Source of the DNA: a bacterium
GTDB taxonomy: Bacteria; Krumholzibacteriota; Krumholzibacteriia; G020349025
DNA: 64,000 bases
NCBI GenBank assembly: GCA_031362565.1
Contig: JANLSU010000017.1
Location: 10,534 to 74,533 of the forward strand
Reading direction: 5' to 3'
Shown here: piece by piece, positions 40,653-51,806 of the stretch
Numbering within the stretch: position 1 is the stretch's first letter
Layout: the number at the start of each line of letters is the position of its first letter
The notes under the pieces: model-generated
Seen by the model: only the letters and a program-made list of their open reading frames with translations
What the model was told of the DNA's origin: nothing
The model's database searches: none
Translations under genes and position numbers: made by a program

Positions 40653-41381
40653 ATGATCGACATCTCGCACCTGACGAAGCGGTACGGTGATCTGGAGGCC
40701 GTCCGCGATTTGTCGCTGCACGTCGCTGCGGGTGAGATCGTCGGGCTCTTGGGGCCGAATGGCGCCGGCAAGACCTCGACCTTGCGCTGCATCGTCGGCA
40801 TCCAGGCGCCGAGCGCCGGCACGATCACGATCGGTGGACACGACATCGTCAAGGCGCCCACCGAAGCCAAACGCCGCATCGCTTTCATGGCCGACGAGCC
40901 GCAACTGTTCGAGTATCTCACGGTCCTGGAGCACCTGCGCCTGACCGGGCGCATCTACGGCGTACGAGAGGTCGAAGCTCGCGCCGCGACGCTGCTGCGC
41001 GAGCTGGAGTTGACCGGCAAGGAGCACGCATTGCCGAGCGAACTGTCGCGCGGCATGAAGCAAAAGGTGGCCATCGCCTGCGGCCTTCTGCACGAGCCCG
41101 CGGCGCTCCTCTTCGACGAGCCACTCACCGGACTCGACCCGCTCGGCATCCGGCATATGAAGGAGACGATCGTCGCCCGCGGGCGGAATGGCGCGGCGGT
41201 GGTCGTTTCTTCGCACTTGCTCCACCTGGTCGAAGAGATCTGCACCCGGATCGTCATCATCGATCGCGGTGTCAAGGTGGCGGATGGCACCATGGCCGAG
41301 CTTTCGGCGCAGGCGGAGGTCGCCGGCGCCGGTTCGAACCTCGAGCAGATCTTCCTGAAGGTCACGGCGCGCGATTCATGA
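40653..41381 (+). CDS. ABC transporter ATP-binding protein
   Basis: GPNGAGKT, LSRGMKQK, FDEPLTGLDP, LEQIFL. Confidence 0.92.
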   Translation: MIDISHLTKRYGDLEAVRDLSLHVAAGEIVGLLGPNGAGKTSTLRCIVGIQAPSAGTITIGGHDIVKAPTEAKRRIAFMADEPQLFEYLTVLEHLRLTGRIYGVREVEARAATLLRELELTGKEHALPSELSRGMKQKVAIACGLLHEPAALLFDEPLTGLDPLGIRHMKETIVARGRNGAAVVVSSHLLHLVEEICTRIVIIDRGVKVADGTMAELSAQAEVAGAGSNLEQIFLKVTARDS

Positions 41382-43099
41382 TTGCCGGGACGTTCGCATA
41401 CGTGCTTAGCTGTACGGTTCGCAATCGCGTCCGGGTGCGCTTGAAACGCCTCCGCCAGCCGCGCTATTTGCTCGGCACACTCGTTGCCCTGGTGTATTTC
41501 TATTCGGTCTTCTTCCGGCGCCGGGCGTACACCGCCGGTGCCCCGAGTTCGCTCCTGGAACTCGCGGGCGAGTGGGCACCGGGGCTCGGAGGCTTGGTCC
41601 TATTCGTCGTGGTCGCCTTGGTCTGGCTCATTCCAGGATCCGAACGCGCCATCGCTTTTTCGCGTGCCGAGGTACAGTTCTTCTTCACGGCGCCCATCTC
41701 ACGCCGCAATCTCGTGCACTACAAACTGCTCCGCAGCACGTTCGGCGGCCTCGTCAGCAGCGTCATCATGACCGTGATGATCCGGCCGGGAAGCCTGGGG
41801 AGCGGTTTGCGGTTCGCGGCGAGCATCGGCCTGCTGATCAGCGTGCTGACCCTGCATTTCATGGGTGCGTCGTTGACTCGCGCGTCGTCGCGACGCTTGG
41901 GTGCGGCCGGACTCGTGCGGCGTTGGCTGCCGGCGGCGCTCATCGCCGGCGGCGCGTTGACCTTGATCGCCGTTTTTCTGATGGCGTCGGGCACCTTGTC
42001 TTCGAGCCAGACGGCCCCCGACTTCTTTCGTGAACTGCGGCGCCTGACGACTACGGGTCTCGGCGGCGTAGTGCTGTGGCCATTCCGGACCCTCGTCGCA
42101 CTGCCGTTTGCGGCAACGGGCGCGGCGTTCCTGCGTTGTTTGCCGGCAGTGCTCTTGCTGGTCGTTCTCAACTATGTCTGGGTCATGGCGACCGACACCG
42201 CGTTCGAGGAAGCTGTCGCCGCCCGTGCCGAGAAGAACGTCGGCCGCCGCGGTGCACCGCGCATGGTGAACGCCAAAGCGGCACCGGCGCCGTTTTCCCT
42301 GGCCGCGGAAGGCCGCGTCGAGACGGCGATCGTGTGGAAGAATTTGATCTTGCTCGGCCGCTATGCGTCGCTTCGCATGTTGGGGCGGCTGCTGGCGATC
42401 GCCTTCGCTCTGGCTCTCGTACTGGGCCGATCTGGGCACGGCGGCATCGCGGCTTCGGCGGCGCTGATGTGCATGATGTTCTTTTTCATGACGGTCTTCG
42501 CGGGGCCACAAATGATGCGCAATGATTTGCGGCGCGATCTTGCCAACCTGGCGGTGCTGAAGACCTGGCCCATCCGCGGCGCGACACTTTTTCGCGGCGA
42601 GGTTCTCGCGCCTGCGGTCGTGCTCTCGGCGGTGGCGATCGTTCTCGCCCTCGGCGCTGTCGCACTGGGCGCTCAGCTCTCCTCTAGTGCCGCCGGACCG
42701 TTCAAAGCAGCGCTCGGCAATCCTTCATACCCGGCCGCGGCGCTGCTGCTCGCACCCGCCCTCATCCTGTGTCAACTGGTGGCTGTGAACGGCATGGCGG
42801 TGCTGTTTCCGGCGTGGGCGAATGTCGGTGCGTCACGGGCCCGCGGCTTCGATGTCATGGGACAGCGCATGCTCATGATGGCCGGCATCTGGTTGACGCT
42901 GCTCGTGGCGATTTTGCCGGCGGCCGTGGTCGCGGCGCTCGTCGTCTTGGCCGGGTACTGGATCACTCACCAGGTCGCGGTTCTGTTGCCGGCCATTGCT
43001 GCCGCCGCGACGATGGCGGTCGAGTGCTGGCTCGCCGCCGAGGCGCTCGGGCGCGTCTTGGACCGCACCGACGTCGCCGCCATCGAGGCCGTGGAGTGA
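41378..43099 (+). CDS. Putative ABC exporter membrane subunit
   Basis: ATGA-coupled to the ATPase; FSRAEVQFFFTAP, WKNL, DLRRDL..L..LKTWP; about 12 TMs. Confidence 0.8.
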   Translation: MIAGTFAYVLSCTVRNRVRVRLKRLRQPRYLLGTLVALVYFYSVFFRRRAYTAGAPSSLLELAGEWAPGLGGLVLFVVVALVWLIPGSERAIAFSRAEVQFFFTAPISRRNLVHYKLLRSTFGGLVSSVIMTVMIRPGSLGSGLRFAASIGLLISVLTLHFMGASLTRASSRRLGAAGLVRRWLPAALIAGGALTLIAVFLMASGTLSSSQTAPDFFRELRRLTTTGLGGVVLWPFRTLVALPFAATGAAFLRCLPAVLLLVVLNYVWVMATDTAFEEAVAARAEKNVGRRGAPRMVNAKAAPAPFSLAAEGRVETAIVWKNLILLGRYASLRMLGRLLAIAFALALVLGRSGHGGIAASAALMCMMFFFMTVFAGPQMMRNDLRRDLANLAVLKTWPIRGATLFRGEVLAPAVVLSAVAIVLALGAVALGAQLSSSAAGPFKAALGNPSYPAAALLLAPALILCQLVAVNGMAVLFPAWANVGASRARGFDVMGQRMLMMAGIWLTLLVAILPAAVVAALVVLAGYWITHQVAVLLPAIAAAATMAVECWLAAEALGRVLDRTDVAAIEAVE

Positions 43100-43121
43100 C
43101 CACCCGGGCGGCGATTCCCGC

Positions 43122-46022
43122 TCACCCGCCGGACGGCTTCGTCGATACCGTTTCCGGCAGCATCTCGATGTGCACGTAGTTGTTCTGCCGCAGGTACTTG
43201 CGCGCCGCATCGCGAATCTGGCCGGCGGAAAGGCTCTTGATCAGTTTTTCACCGTTGACGATGGCGTGCAAGTCGAGCCCATTGGCGTCCCGGGACTCGA
43301 TGCCCTGAGCCCAGTAGCCGTTTTGACGCAAGTTCACCTCGTAGCCACGCCGTTGAATCTCACGCACCTGCGTCACCTCGTCCGTGTCGATTCCGTGGGT
43401 GCGAATCGAATCACAGACCGCAAGAACCTGTTTCGTGAGTTCGTCGATCCGCGCCGGGTCGCAGTCGAACTGGATCTGGAGCCGGTAGCGCGGCTTGGGA
43501 TCGCGGGCGCTCGTGCCGCTCACCTGCACGCCATACGTGCCGCCCAGCTCTTCCCGCACCACCTTGCGCAGGCGAGTGCGGAGCGCTTCAGCCAGCGACT
43601 CCAGGGTATAGCGCTCCGATTCCTTCCACGCGAACGGCCCGGTGAACACGATCGCGGTGCGCGCCCGGTCATCGACGCCCTTGCGGAAGGTACGCTCGAC
43701 GACACCCGTGGCCGGCGCGCGGCCGGTGTCGCGCCAGGTCTCTTTACGCGGCAATGCCTGCAGGCCGCCGATGTAGCGCAAGATCAACGGTCGGATCGTG
43801 TCCAGATCGATGCGGCCGACGAACGCGAACGTGAAGTCGCCGGCGTCCGCAAACCGGTCGCGAAAAAACGCCAAGGCCGTGTCCAGCTTGATCGCGTCGA
43901 GACCGGCGGCGGTGAGCGGTGCGGTCCGCGGGTGATGCTGAAACAACACCGCCGTCAGCGTGTCGAAGAACGCAGTGGAGGGGTCGGCGGCGCGATTGGC
44001 AAGGATGCCGCGAAAGCGCGTCCGGGTGGCTTCGAACGCCGTCGGATCGGAACGCGTCGCGGTAAAGTAGCCGTACAGCATCTGGAACATCGTCTCCAGA
44101 TCCTGGGGCCGCGCCTGGCCGTTGAAACCCTCGCTCAGCTCGTTGATTTGCGGATTCACTCCGGCCTGCTTGCCGGCCATGTACTTTTGCAAATCCGTCA
44201 GGTTGTACGGGCCCAGACCACAACCCGACACGGCCCAGTTGGCGTTGCTTGCCGAGAGCCATGTCGAGTCGGGAGCAAGCGAGTTTCCGCCCGGGCTCCA
44301 GGCCCGCATCAGAACCTCGTCATCCTTGAAATCGGTGGGCTTGAGATACACCCGCGCGCCGTTCGACAGCGTCCAGAGCGTCAACCCCAAGTCCCGGAAT
44401 TCCTTCGTGGACGCAATGCGGCCGGGCTCCGGCAACACGGCGATGAGTGGCGCATCGGTTGCGGTATCCTGGTAAGGATCCAACTTCGCGGCGCCGACAC
44501 GCGCCAGCGCCGCACGCAGGTCTGCCTCGGTGGGCATCGTAACGCCTGGCTTCGCGGGTCCCGAGACGAGCAAGGTGCGGTTGCGATCGTTGTTCCACGA
44601 ACGGGCCACGCCGTCGATTTCCGCCAGTTGGACGTCGGGCAGCAAATTCTTCACGGCGGCGTAGTAGTACGACATGCTGGGGTACGGTTCGTTCGCGAGA
44701 AAGTTTGCCAGGCGCTGTTGCGCGAAAGCCGCGGAGTTGGTTTTGTCGCGCTCGCGGTACTGTCTCTCGATACGTGATTGGACGCGTTTACGGGCCCGTT
44801 CCAGTTCCGTGGCGTTGAATCCAAACCGCGCTGCCCGTTCGGCCTCGGTCAGCACGGCTTCCATGCCGCTCGTGATGGCTTCGTCGCGCACGGTCGCGCT
44901 CAGGTTGAATGCTTCGAGCGGCCGGACGATGCTGCCGCGGCCTGAGAAGGCGTTCACATAGGGCGGGTCCGGGCGGCGCGTCAGCTCGTCGAGCCGGGCG
45001 TTCAGCATGCCGGAGTAGAGCGATTCCACCAAGGATCGGCGCAGAGCCGCCACGAGCGACGGGTCGCGCCGGGCAAATTTGCTGACGAGGGTGACGTTGC
45101 TCTCCGTTTCCTCACGGTCGTCGACAATAGATACCAACGTCCCTTCGTGTTCGGGCACGTCATAGCGCGGGCGCGGGCGCGGGCGCGGGCGTTCCTTGGC
45201 TGCGCCCGGGATAGCACCGAACAGGCTGCGGATCAATTTTTCGACATGCGCGGCATCGAAGTCCCCGACCGCAATGACCGCCATGAGATCCGGCCGGTAC
45301 CACTCCCGATAGAAACGCTTCAGCGCTTCATGATCGCAGGTTTCCAGGACGTTCTTCTTGCCGATCGGCAGGCGCGCCGCATAGCGCGAGCCGTTCAGCA
45401 GCACCGGAAATTCCTTGTCGTTGATCCGTTGCTCGGCGCCGCGCCCCGAGCGCCACTCCTCGACGACGACGCCGCGCTCGCGATCGATCTCTTTGTCATC
45501 GAAGGTCACCGCGTGGGCCCAGTTCTCCAGGACTCGAAACGCCTTGTCGAATGTCGAGTCCTCATCGGTCGGCACGGTCAGCCGGTACACGGTCTCGTCG
45601 AAACTCGTCGAGGCGTTGATGTCGGCCCCGAACCGCATGCCGATGCGCTGCATGTAATCGACAAGTTCTTGCGCCTTGAAGTCACGCGTGCCGTTGAACG
45701 CCATGTGTTCGACAAAGTGGGCCAGGCCCTGTTGGTCGTCGTCTTCGAGCACCGAACCAGCTTGAATCGCCAAGCGCAACTCAGCGCGTTTCTGCGGTTC
45801 GTGATTGACGCGAATGTAGTACCGCAAGCCGTTGGGCAACGTCCCCACCGTGGTGGCCGAATCACTGGGCACGGGTTGATCCAGTGCGAATTGGGCGCTG
45901 GCCGCTACCGGCACGGCGACAACGGCGAGCCCGGCGAGCACGAGACGGCGCAACACCTGTGGCAACACGGCGGACCTCCAGACAGAGCACACGGCATCAG
46001 CAGACCACGCGGCAGTCGACAT
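43122..46022 (-). CDS. pqqL: M16 zinc protease (PqqL-like)
   Basis: GTLPNGLRYYI, GLAHFVEHMAFNG (HxxEH), NASTSFDETVY, LSNGARV, REELGGTY; exact start uncertain. Confidence 0.9.
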   Translation of the reverse strand: MSTAAWSADAVCSVWRSAVLPQVLRRLVLAGLAVVAVPVAASAQFALDQPVPSDSATTVGTLPNGLRYYIRVNHEPQKRAELRLAIQAGSVLEDDDQQGLAHFVEHMAFNGTRDFKAQELVDYMQRIGMRFGADINASTSFDETVYRLTVPTDEDSTFDKAFRVLENWAHAVTFDDKEIDRERGVVVEEWRSGRGAEQRINDKEFPVLLNGSRYAARLPIGKKNVLETCDHEALKRFYREWYRPDLMAVIAVGDFDAAHVEKLIRSLFGAIPGAAKERPRPRPRPRYDVPEHEGTLVSIVDDREETESNVTLVSKFARRDPSLVAALRRSLVESLYSGMLNARLDELTRRPDPPYVNAFSGRGSIVRPLEAFNLSATVRDEAITSGMEAVLTEAERAARFGFNATELERARKRVQSRIERQYRERDKTNSAAFAQQRLANFLANEPYPSMSYYYAAVKNLLPDVQLAEIDGVARSWNNDRNRTLLVSGPAKPGVTMPTEADLRAALARVGAAKLDPYQDTATDAPLIAVLPEPGRIASTKEFRDLGLTLWTLSNGARVYLKPTDFKDDEVLMRAWSPGGNSLAPDSTWLSASNANWAVSGCGLGPYNLTDLQKYMAGKQAGVNPQINELSEGFNGQARPQDLETMFQMLYGYFTATRSDPTAFEATRTRFRGILANRAADPSTAFFDTLTAVLFQHHPRTAPLTAAGLDAIKLDTALAFFRDRFADAGDFTFAFVGRIDLDTIRPLILRYIGGLQALPRKETWRDTGRAPATGVVERTFRKGVDDRARTAIVFTGPFAWKESERYTLESLAEALRTRLRKVVREELGGTYGVQVSGTSARDPKPRYRLQIQFDCDPARIDELTKQVLAVCDSIRTHGIDTDEVTQVREIQRRGYEVNLRQNGYWAQGIESRDANGLDLHAIVNGEKLIKSLSAGQIRDAARKYLRQNNYVHIEMLPETVSTKPSGG
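45165..45191. repeat. (GCGCGG)4.5 in-frame microsatellite encoding RPRPRPR
   Basis: Read directly in the sequence, inside the M16 protease interdomain linker. Confidence 0.8.
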
Positions 46023-46058
46023 GTTACGCTAACGACGACCAGTGCGCACGGAGGGACC

Positions 46059-46634
46059 ATGACCAAGGGCCGAATGGAAGCTTTCAGCGACGGCGTGATT
46101 GCCATCATCATTACGATCATGGTGCTCGAACTGAAGGTACCTCACGAACCGACCGCAGCCGCACTCGTCCCGCTCATCCCGGTGTTCTCGAGTTACTTGC
46201 TGAGTTTCGTGTTCCTCGGCATCTATTGGAGCAACCACCACCATTTGTTGCAAGCGACCCAGCATGCCGATGGCAAGGTCCTGTGGGCCAACTTGCATCT
46301 TTTGTTCTGGTTGTCGCTGATCCCCTTTGTCACCGCCTGGATGGGCGAGAATCATTTTGCCCCGGTACCGGTGGCATTCTACGGCGTCGTGCTGTTGCTC
46401 GCAGCGATCGCCTATACCATTCTCACTCGTGCCCTCATCGTGCTGCACGGCACGGATTCGGTTCTGGCGACCGCCATGGGCCGGGACGTCAAGGGCAAGG
46501 TGTCGATGGCCATTTATCTCGCAGCCATTCCACTGGCCTTCGTGCAAACCTGGCTCGCCGCCGCGCTGTACATCTCGGTCGCTGTCATGTGGCTCGTCCC
46601 CGACCGGCGCATCGAGAAACACCTGCTCCGCTGA
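46059..46634 (+). CDS. TMEM175-family potassium channel
   Basis: RMEAFSDGVIAIIITIMVLEL, YLLSF..LGIYW.NHH, PDRRIE. Confidence 0.93.
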   Translation: MTKGRMEAFSDGVIAIIITIMVLELKVPHEPTAAALVPLIPVFSSYLLSFVFLGIYWSNHHHLLQATQHADGKVLWANLHLLFWLSLIPFVTAWMGENHFAPVPVAFYGVVLLLAAIAYTILTRALIVLHGTDSVLATAMGRDVKGKVSMAIYLAAIPLAFVQTWLAAALYISVAVMWLVPDRRIEKHLLR

Positions 46635-46649
46635 ATCTGCCGGGATGCC

Positions 46650-47201
46650 TCACGGAGCTGCTGGTGTGTCGTTGCGGAAAAGCAGCGACACGCCGACGAG
46701 AACCTGATGCTCGGAGAATGCCGCGACGGGATCGTGCAGCAGACGCCGATAGCGGTACTCGGTGCGGATGCCGCCGCGGCGGCTGAACAGGGCGCGGCAG
46801 CCGAAATTCAGTCCCACCGGGAAGCGCGCTTGGCGAAAGCTACCGAGCCACTCCTCGCGCCAGCCGCCGGCGAGCGCCACAAAGAACGCGTCGGCGCTCG
46901 ACCCCGTGGCGAGCTGCCAAGAGACTGCGCCACCCCATTCCAGGCCATCCAACTCGCCGACGTGAGACCACGCGGGTTCGATCTCGAAGCCCAGGCGTCC
47001 CGGACCCGCAGCGATAAAGGTCCCGGCGCGGGCAGCGAGCGACGCGCGCGTCGAACCCTCGACTGCAACGAGGGCGCCACCGGCACCGATCTCGATGGCA
47101 CCGGGGGCGATTGTCTGCGCGCCAAGCGTCGCGGCCGGGCACGACCCGCCGGCAGCAAGAATCGCGGCTGCAATGACGGCGATTACGCCAATGGTTTTCA
47201 T
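46650..47201 (-). CDS. Small outer-membrane beta-barrel protein
   Basis: ATGA overlap with the GH113 gene; signal peptide; amphipathic strands ending VLVGVSLLF. Confidence 0.6.
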   Translation of the reverse strand: MKTIGVIAVIAAAILAAGGSCPAATLGAQTIAPGAIEIGAGGALVAVEGSTRASLAARAGTFIAAGPGRLGFEIEPAWSHVGELDGLEWGGAVSWQLATGSSADAFFVALAGGWREEWLGSFRQARFPVGLNFGCRALFSRRGGIRTEYRYRRLLHDPVAAFSEHQVLVGVSLLFRNDTPAAP

Positions 47202-48232
47202 GGACGCCATGCGCTTCGCAACTCCCGTTCGGCGGGTTTCCCGCGCGGCGTGTAGCCCGCGTCCAGTGGACCACCGCCACCATCCGCACTCCAATCCCAC
47301 CAACAAAGACCTTCAATCCAGTCGCGGCTCGCAACAGCCTCGAGTGCGGCGCCATACGCGTCGGCCTGTTCCTGCAAATCGATACGCGCCACGCGCGTGA
47401 AATCCCACGGCCGCAGTACGGCACCATCGACACTTCGATAGCCGATCTCGGTCAACAAGATGCGGCGGCCCGTCTGTTGGTTCAAGAGCGCCAAACGCTC
47501 GAGCCACGGTTGCCAGCCGGCACGAAGTTCGAAGCGGGATGGATCGGCGCGCCCAGCGACCGGGTAGTAAAAATCCACGCCCACGAGATCGAGCGCGTCC
47601 CAGAACGGCACCCGCCCGGCCTCGTCCCAGGAAGCCGCGTAGAGAAGCATGCCATGGAATGCGGCGCGAACCCGCCGGATCGTGTCGCGCCACTCGCCCT
47701 CGTGGCCAATCGTACTCGCGAGTTCGGTGCCGACGATGAACCCTTCGCAGCCGGCCGAATCGGCGAGTGCCGCCCATGACCCGACAAAGTCCTGATACGA
47801 TGTGAACCAGGCAGCGGGGTCGGCCGGTGTGAAGAGACCGCGCCACGTGGCATCGTCGGCGTCGACGTGTGGTTTCAAGACGACTCGCAGTCCAAGCGTG
47901 CGGGCGGTTTGAATGGCGGCCCGCACACTGCCCTTTTGTGGGGTATGCGCCGGATCTTCGTGCACCGCACTCGACGCACCCGCGCCCTGGTAGGCCGTCA
48001 CGACGAGGATCACCGTGTTCGCACCGGTCGCGGCAATTCCAGCGAGCGCATTCGCAGCGGCCGTGGTTTCATAGCCCGCAGGCGTGAAACTCGTGAGCGT
48101 GATGCCGCGCACGGCGTATGATGCAGGCACCGTCGGCTGCAGGGGCAAGCGGTCGCACGCCACCGCGACGAGGCCGGCGGCAGCGAGCGCGGCGCGCGCG
48201 GTGTGCGACTCGCGTCGGTGGGCTCGAAACAT
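47198..48232 (-). CDS. GH113-like glycoside hydrolase lipoprotein
   Basis: Lipobox AVAC; LKPHV, WRG, VGTEL, YAASWD, FWDALD.VG.D.YYP, TEIGY.S, KPAE. Confidence 0.85.
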   Translation of the reverse strand: MFRAHRRESHTARAALAAAGLVAVACDRLPLQPTVPASYAVRGITLTSFTPAGYETTAAANALAGIAATGANTVILVVTAYQGAGASSAVHEDPAHTPQKGSVRAAIQTARTLGLRVVLKPHVDADDATWRGLFTPADPAAWFTSYQDFVGSWAALADSAGCEGFIVGTELASTIGHEGEWRDTIRRVRAAFHGMLLYAASWDEAGRVPFWDALDLVGVDFYYPVAGRADPSRFELRAGWQPWLERLALLNQQTGRRILLTEIGYRSVDGAVLRPWDFTRVARIDLQEQADAYGAALEAVASRDWIEGLCWWDWSADGGGGPLDAGYTPRGKPAERELRSAWRP

Positions 48233-48288
48233 GGGTTGGTTCTAGCAGTCCGACTAGAACGGTGCAAGTTGGATCGGAGCGTGGCTGC

Positions 48289-48936
48289 TTGGCAATCGTC
48301 TCGGTCAACGTCGGCATCCCACGCGAGATCGTGGTGGGTGACACCGTCGTCACGACCGGCATTTTCAAGACCCCGGTCGCCGGGCGCGTGCCGTTGCGGA
48401 CCCTGAACCTGGACGGCGACCGGCAGGCGGACCTGACCGTGCACGGCGGGCCCGACAAGGCGGTCTATGTGTACTCCGCCGACCACTACCCTGCCTGGTG
48501 TGACGAACTCGGGGGCGAACTCCCGTGGGGCGCCTTCGGCGAGAACCTCGATGTCGACGGATGTCTCGAAAACGAGATCTGCCTCGGTGACACGATTCGC
48601 GCCGGCACAGCGCTCGTGCAAGTGACCGAACCTCGCCTGCCGTGCTACAAGCTCGGGATCAAATTCGATGATCCCGGCATGATCAAGACCTTCCTCGAGC
48701 GCGGCCGCACGGGTTTTTACGTCCGGGTTCTCGAGGCTGGTGAAGTCGGCGCCGGTGACACGTTTGCCGTCACGGACCCCGATCCGGCGCGCGTCCCCGT
48801 CTCCGAGATCCTCCGCCTTTACACTCGCGACCGCGGCGATCTGGCCGCGATCCGCCGCGTGCTTGGAGTCACGGCGCTCGGTGCAGGCTGGCGGCAGCAC
48901 TTCGAAAAACGCCTTGCAGGCGCCGCCGGCGCCTGA
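48289..48936 (+). CDS. MOSC-domain protein (YiiM-like, 3-alpha domain)
   Basis: GDRQADLTVHGGPDKAVY, GAFGENL, PRLPCYKL, RTGFYVRVL; start approximate. Confidence 0.9.
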   Translation: MAIVSVNVGIPREIVVGDTVVTTGIFKTPVAGRVPLRTLNLDGDRQADLTVHGGPDKAVYVYSADHYPAWCDELGGELPWGAFGENLDVDGCLENEICLGDTIRAGTALVQVTEPRLPCYKLGIKFDDPGMIKTFLERGRTGFYVRVLEAGEVGAGDTFAVTDPDPARVPVSEILRLYTRDRGDLAAIRRVLGVTALGAGWRQHFEKRLAGAAGA

Positions 48937-49044
48937 CGCCTTGGGTGCGCATCATGGAGATGCTCGCGGTGGTGCGCTACTGTCGCCGGTGAACTGCTGG
49001 AGCAATGGGATGCACAAGACTCCGCGGCGGCATGGGATACCGGT

Positions 49045-49938
49045 ATGAACGAGCACCCGCTGGTTTCCGCGATCATCCCGACCCATAACCGCAAGCAGAA
49101 AGTCGTTGGCGCGATCGACAGTGCGCTGGCACAGACCTACGACCGGCTCGAAATCCTTGTTGTCGACGATGCTTCGACCGACGGCACGTCGCAGTCTCTA
49201 CAAGCACAATATGGTGACACCATCCGCCTCGTCACGCTGCCGGACAACGTCGGAGGGGCCGAGGCGAGGAATGTCGGCGTGGCTCATGCGCACGGCGAGT
49301 TCATTGCCTTCCTGGACAGCGACGACCGGTGGAATCGCAACAAGATCGCCGCCCAGGTCGCGGTGCTACGCCAGCAAGAATACGGCGTGGTCTACACCGG
49401 CATGTATCGACTGCGCGGGGAGAAACTTGTCGACGTGAATACACCCATGTTCGCCGGCAGACTCTCCGACGCGCTACTGATACAAAACGTCGTGTCTTCA
49501 ACATCTTCCGTTCTTCTTCGGAAGGACCTGTTTACCAGTGTCGGCGGGTTCAACAGTTCGCTTAAATCCTGCCAGGACTGGGATCTCTGGATCAGACTCT
49601 CTCGGGTGACTCAGTTTGGCTTCGTGAAGGAAATGATGGTCAACTACTACGTTGACGGCAACGACAGAATCTCCCGCAACCCTCGTTCGCGCGTCCAGGG
49701 CTTGATGTACATCTACAGAACGTATTTGAGCAAATCGGGGAATACTGCCGGAGTTTCCAATATATTCTTCAACCTCGGAAAAGCATTTTACATGTGGAAT
49801 CGATTTCGGTACGCGCGATTTTTCTTCATGAGGAGTGTTAGGTTCAATCGGAAGAAATACAAGGCGGTCGCCTACATTCTCCTTTGCATGCTCCGGTCTA
49901 GAACGAGGCGAGGCTTCTCTTCTCAAAAGGCTTCATGA
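49045..49938 (+). CDS. GT2-family glycosyltransferase
   Basis: VSAIIPTHNR, VVDDASTD, FLDSDD, CQDWDLW. Confidence 0.92.
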   Translation: MNEHPLVSAIIPTHNRKQKVVGAIDSALAQTYDRLEILVVDDASTDGTSQSLQAQYGDTIRLVTLPDNVGGAEARNVGVAHAHGEFIAFLDSDDRWNRNKIAAQVAVLRQQEYGVVYTGMYRLRGEKLVDVNTPMFAGRLSDALLIQNVVSSTSSVLLRKDLFTSVGGFNSSLKSCQDWDLWIRLSRVTQFGFVKEMMVNYYVDGNDRISRNPRSRVQGLMYIYRTYLSKSGNTAGVSNIFFNLGKAFYMWNRFRYARFFFMRSVRFNRKKYKAVAYILLCMLRSRTRRGFSSQKAS

Positions 49939-50414
49939 CAACCTTTCTCGCCGGCAGTCCTTCTGGTGCGCTTGCACTGCTTTTCCGAACTGCAACCACC
50001 AAGCCGATTTCCGCACAGTCGCGGTAACAAGCCGCTGGAATGCCCGTTGCTGATGTCAATTGACACTCAGCCGACGCCTCGAGCGGCGCGAGGCGGCTTG
50101 GTCGTGCCGGGAAGTGTATCAGGCGAGGCCGGTGAGTCACGTCCGAATCGTCCCCACCGTGCAGGCCGCGGCCGACCATCGATGGACCCGCCGCGTTCTA
50201 ACCTGGAAAACTGAACTTGCTGAAATGTGTGGGGGGCAGCCTCCGCCGGACGCTAGGATTCGGTGGCTCCGGTGGGCGCATTGACTTCCGGGGGCGGCTG
50301 CGGTCGAATGCCAGGCGGCGCGTGCCAAAGCCAAGAACCAGCGCCGTTCCCACCCCTCTGGCGGGAGCGCGCCTCGTGTGGGCCGGCGGAACCGGCCTTG
50401 CGGCAACGATCTGA

Positions 50415-51779
<1,365 letters not shown>

Positions 51780-51806
51780 CCGGTCGCGTTCCGGCAACGC
51801 AGCACC

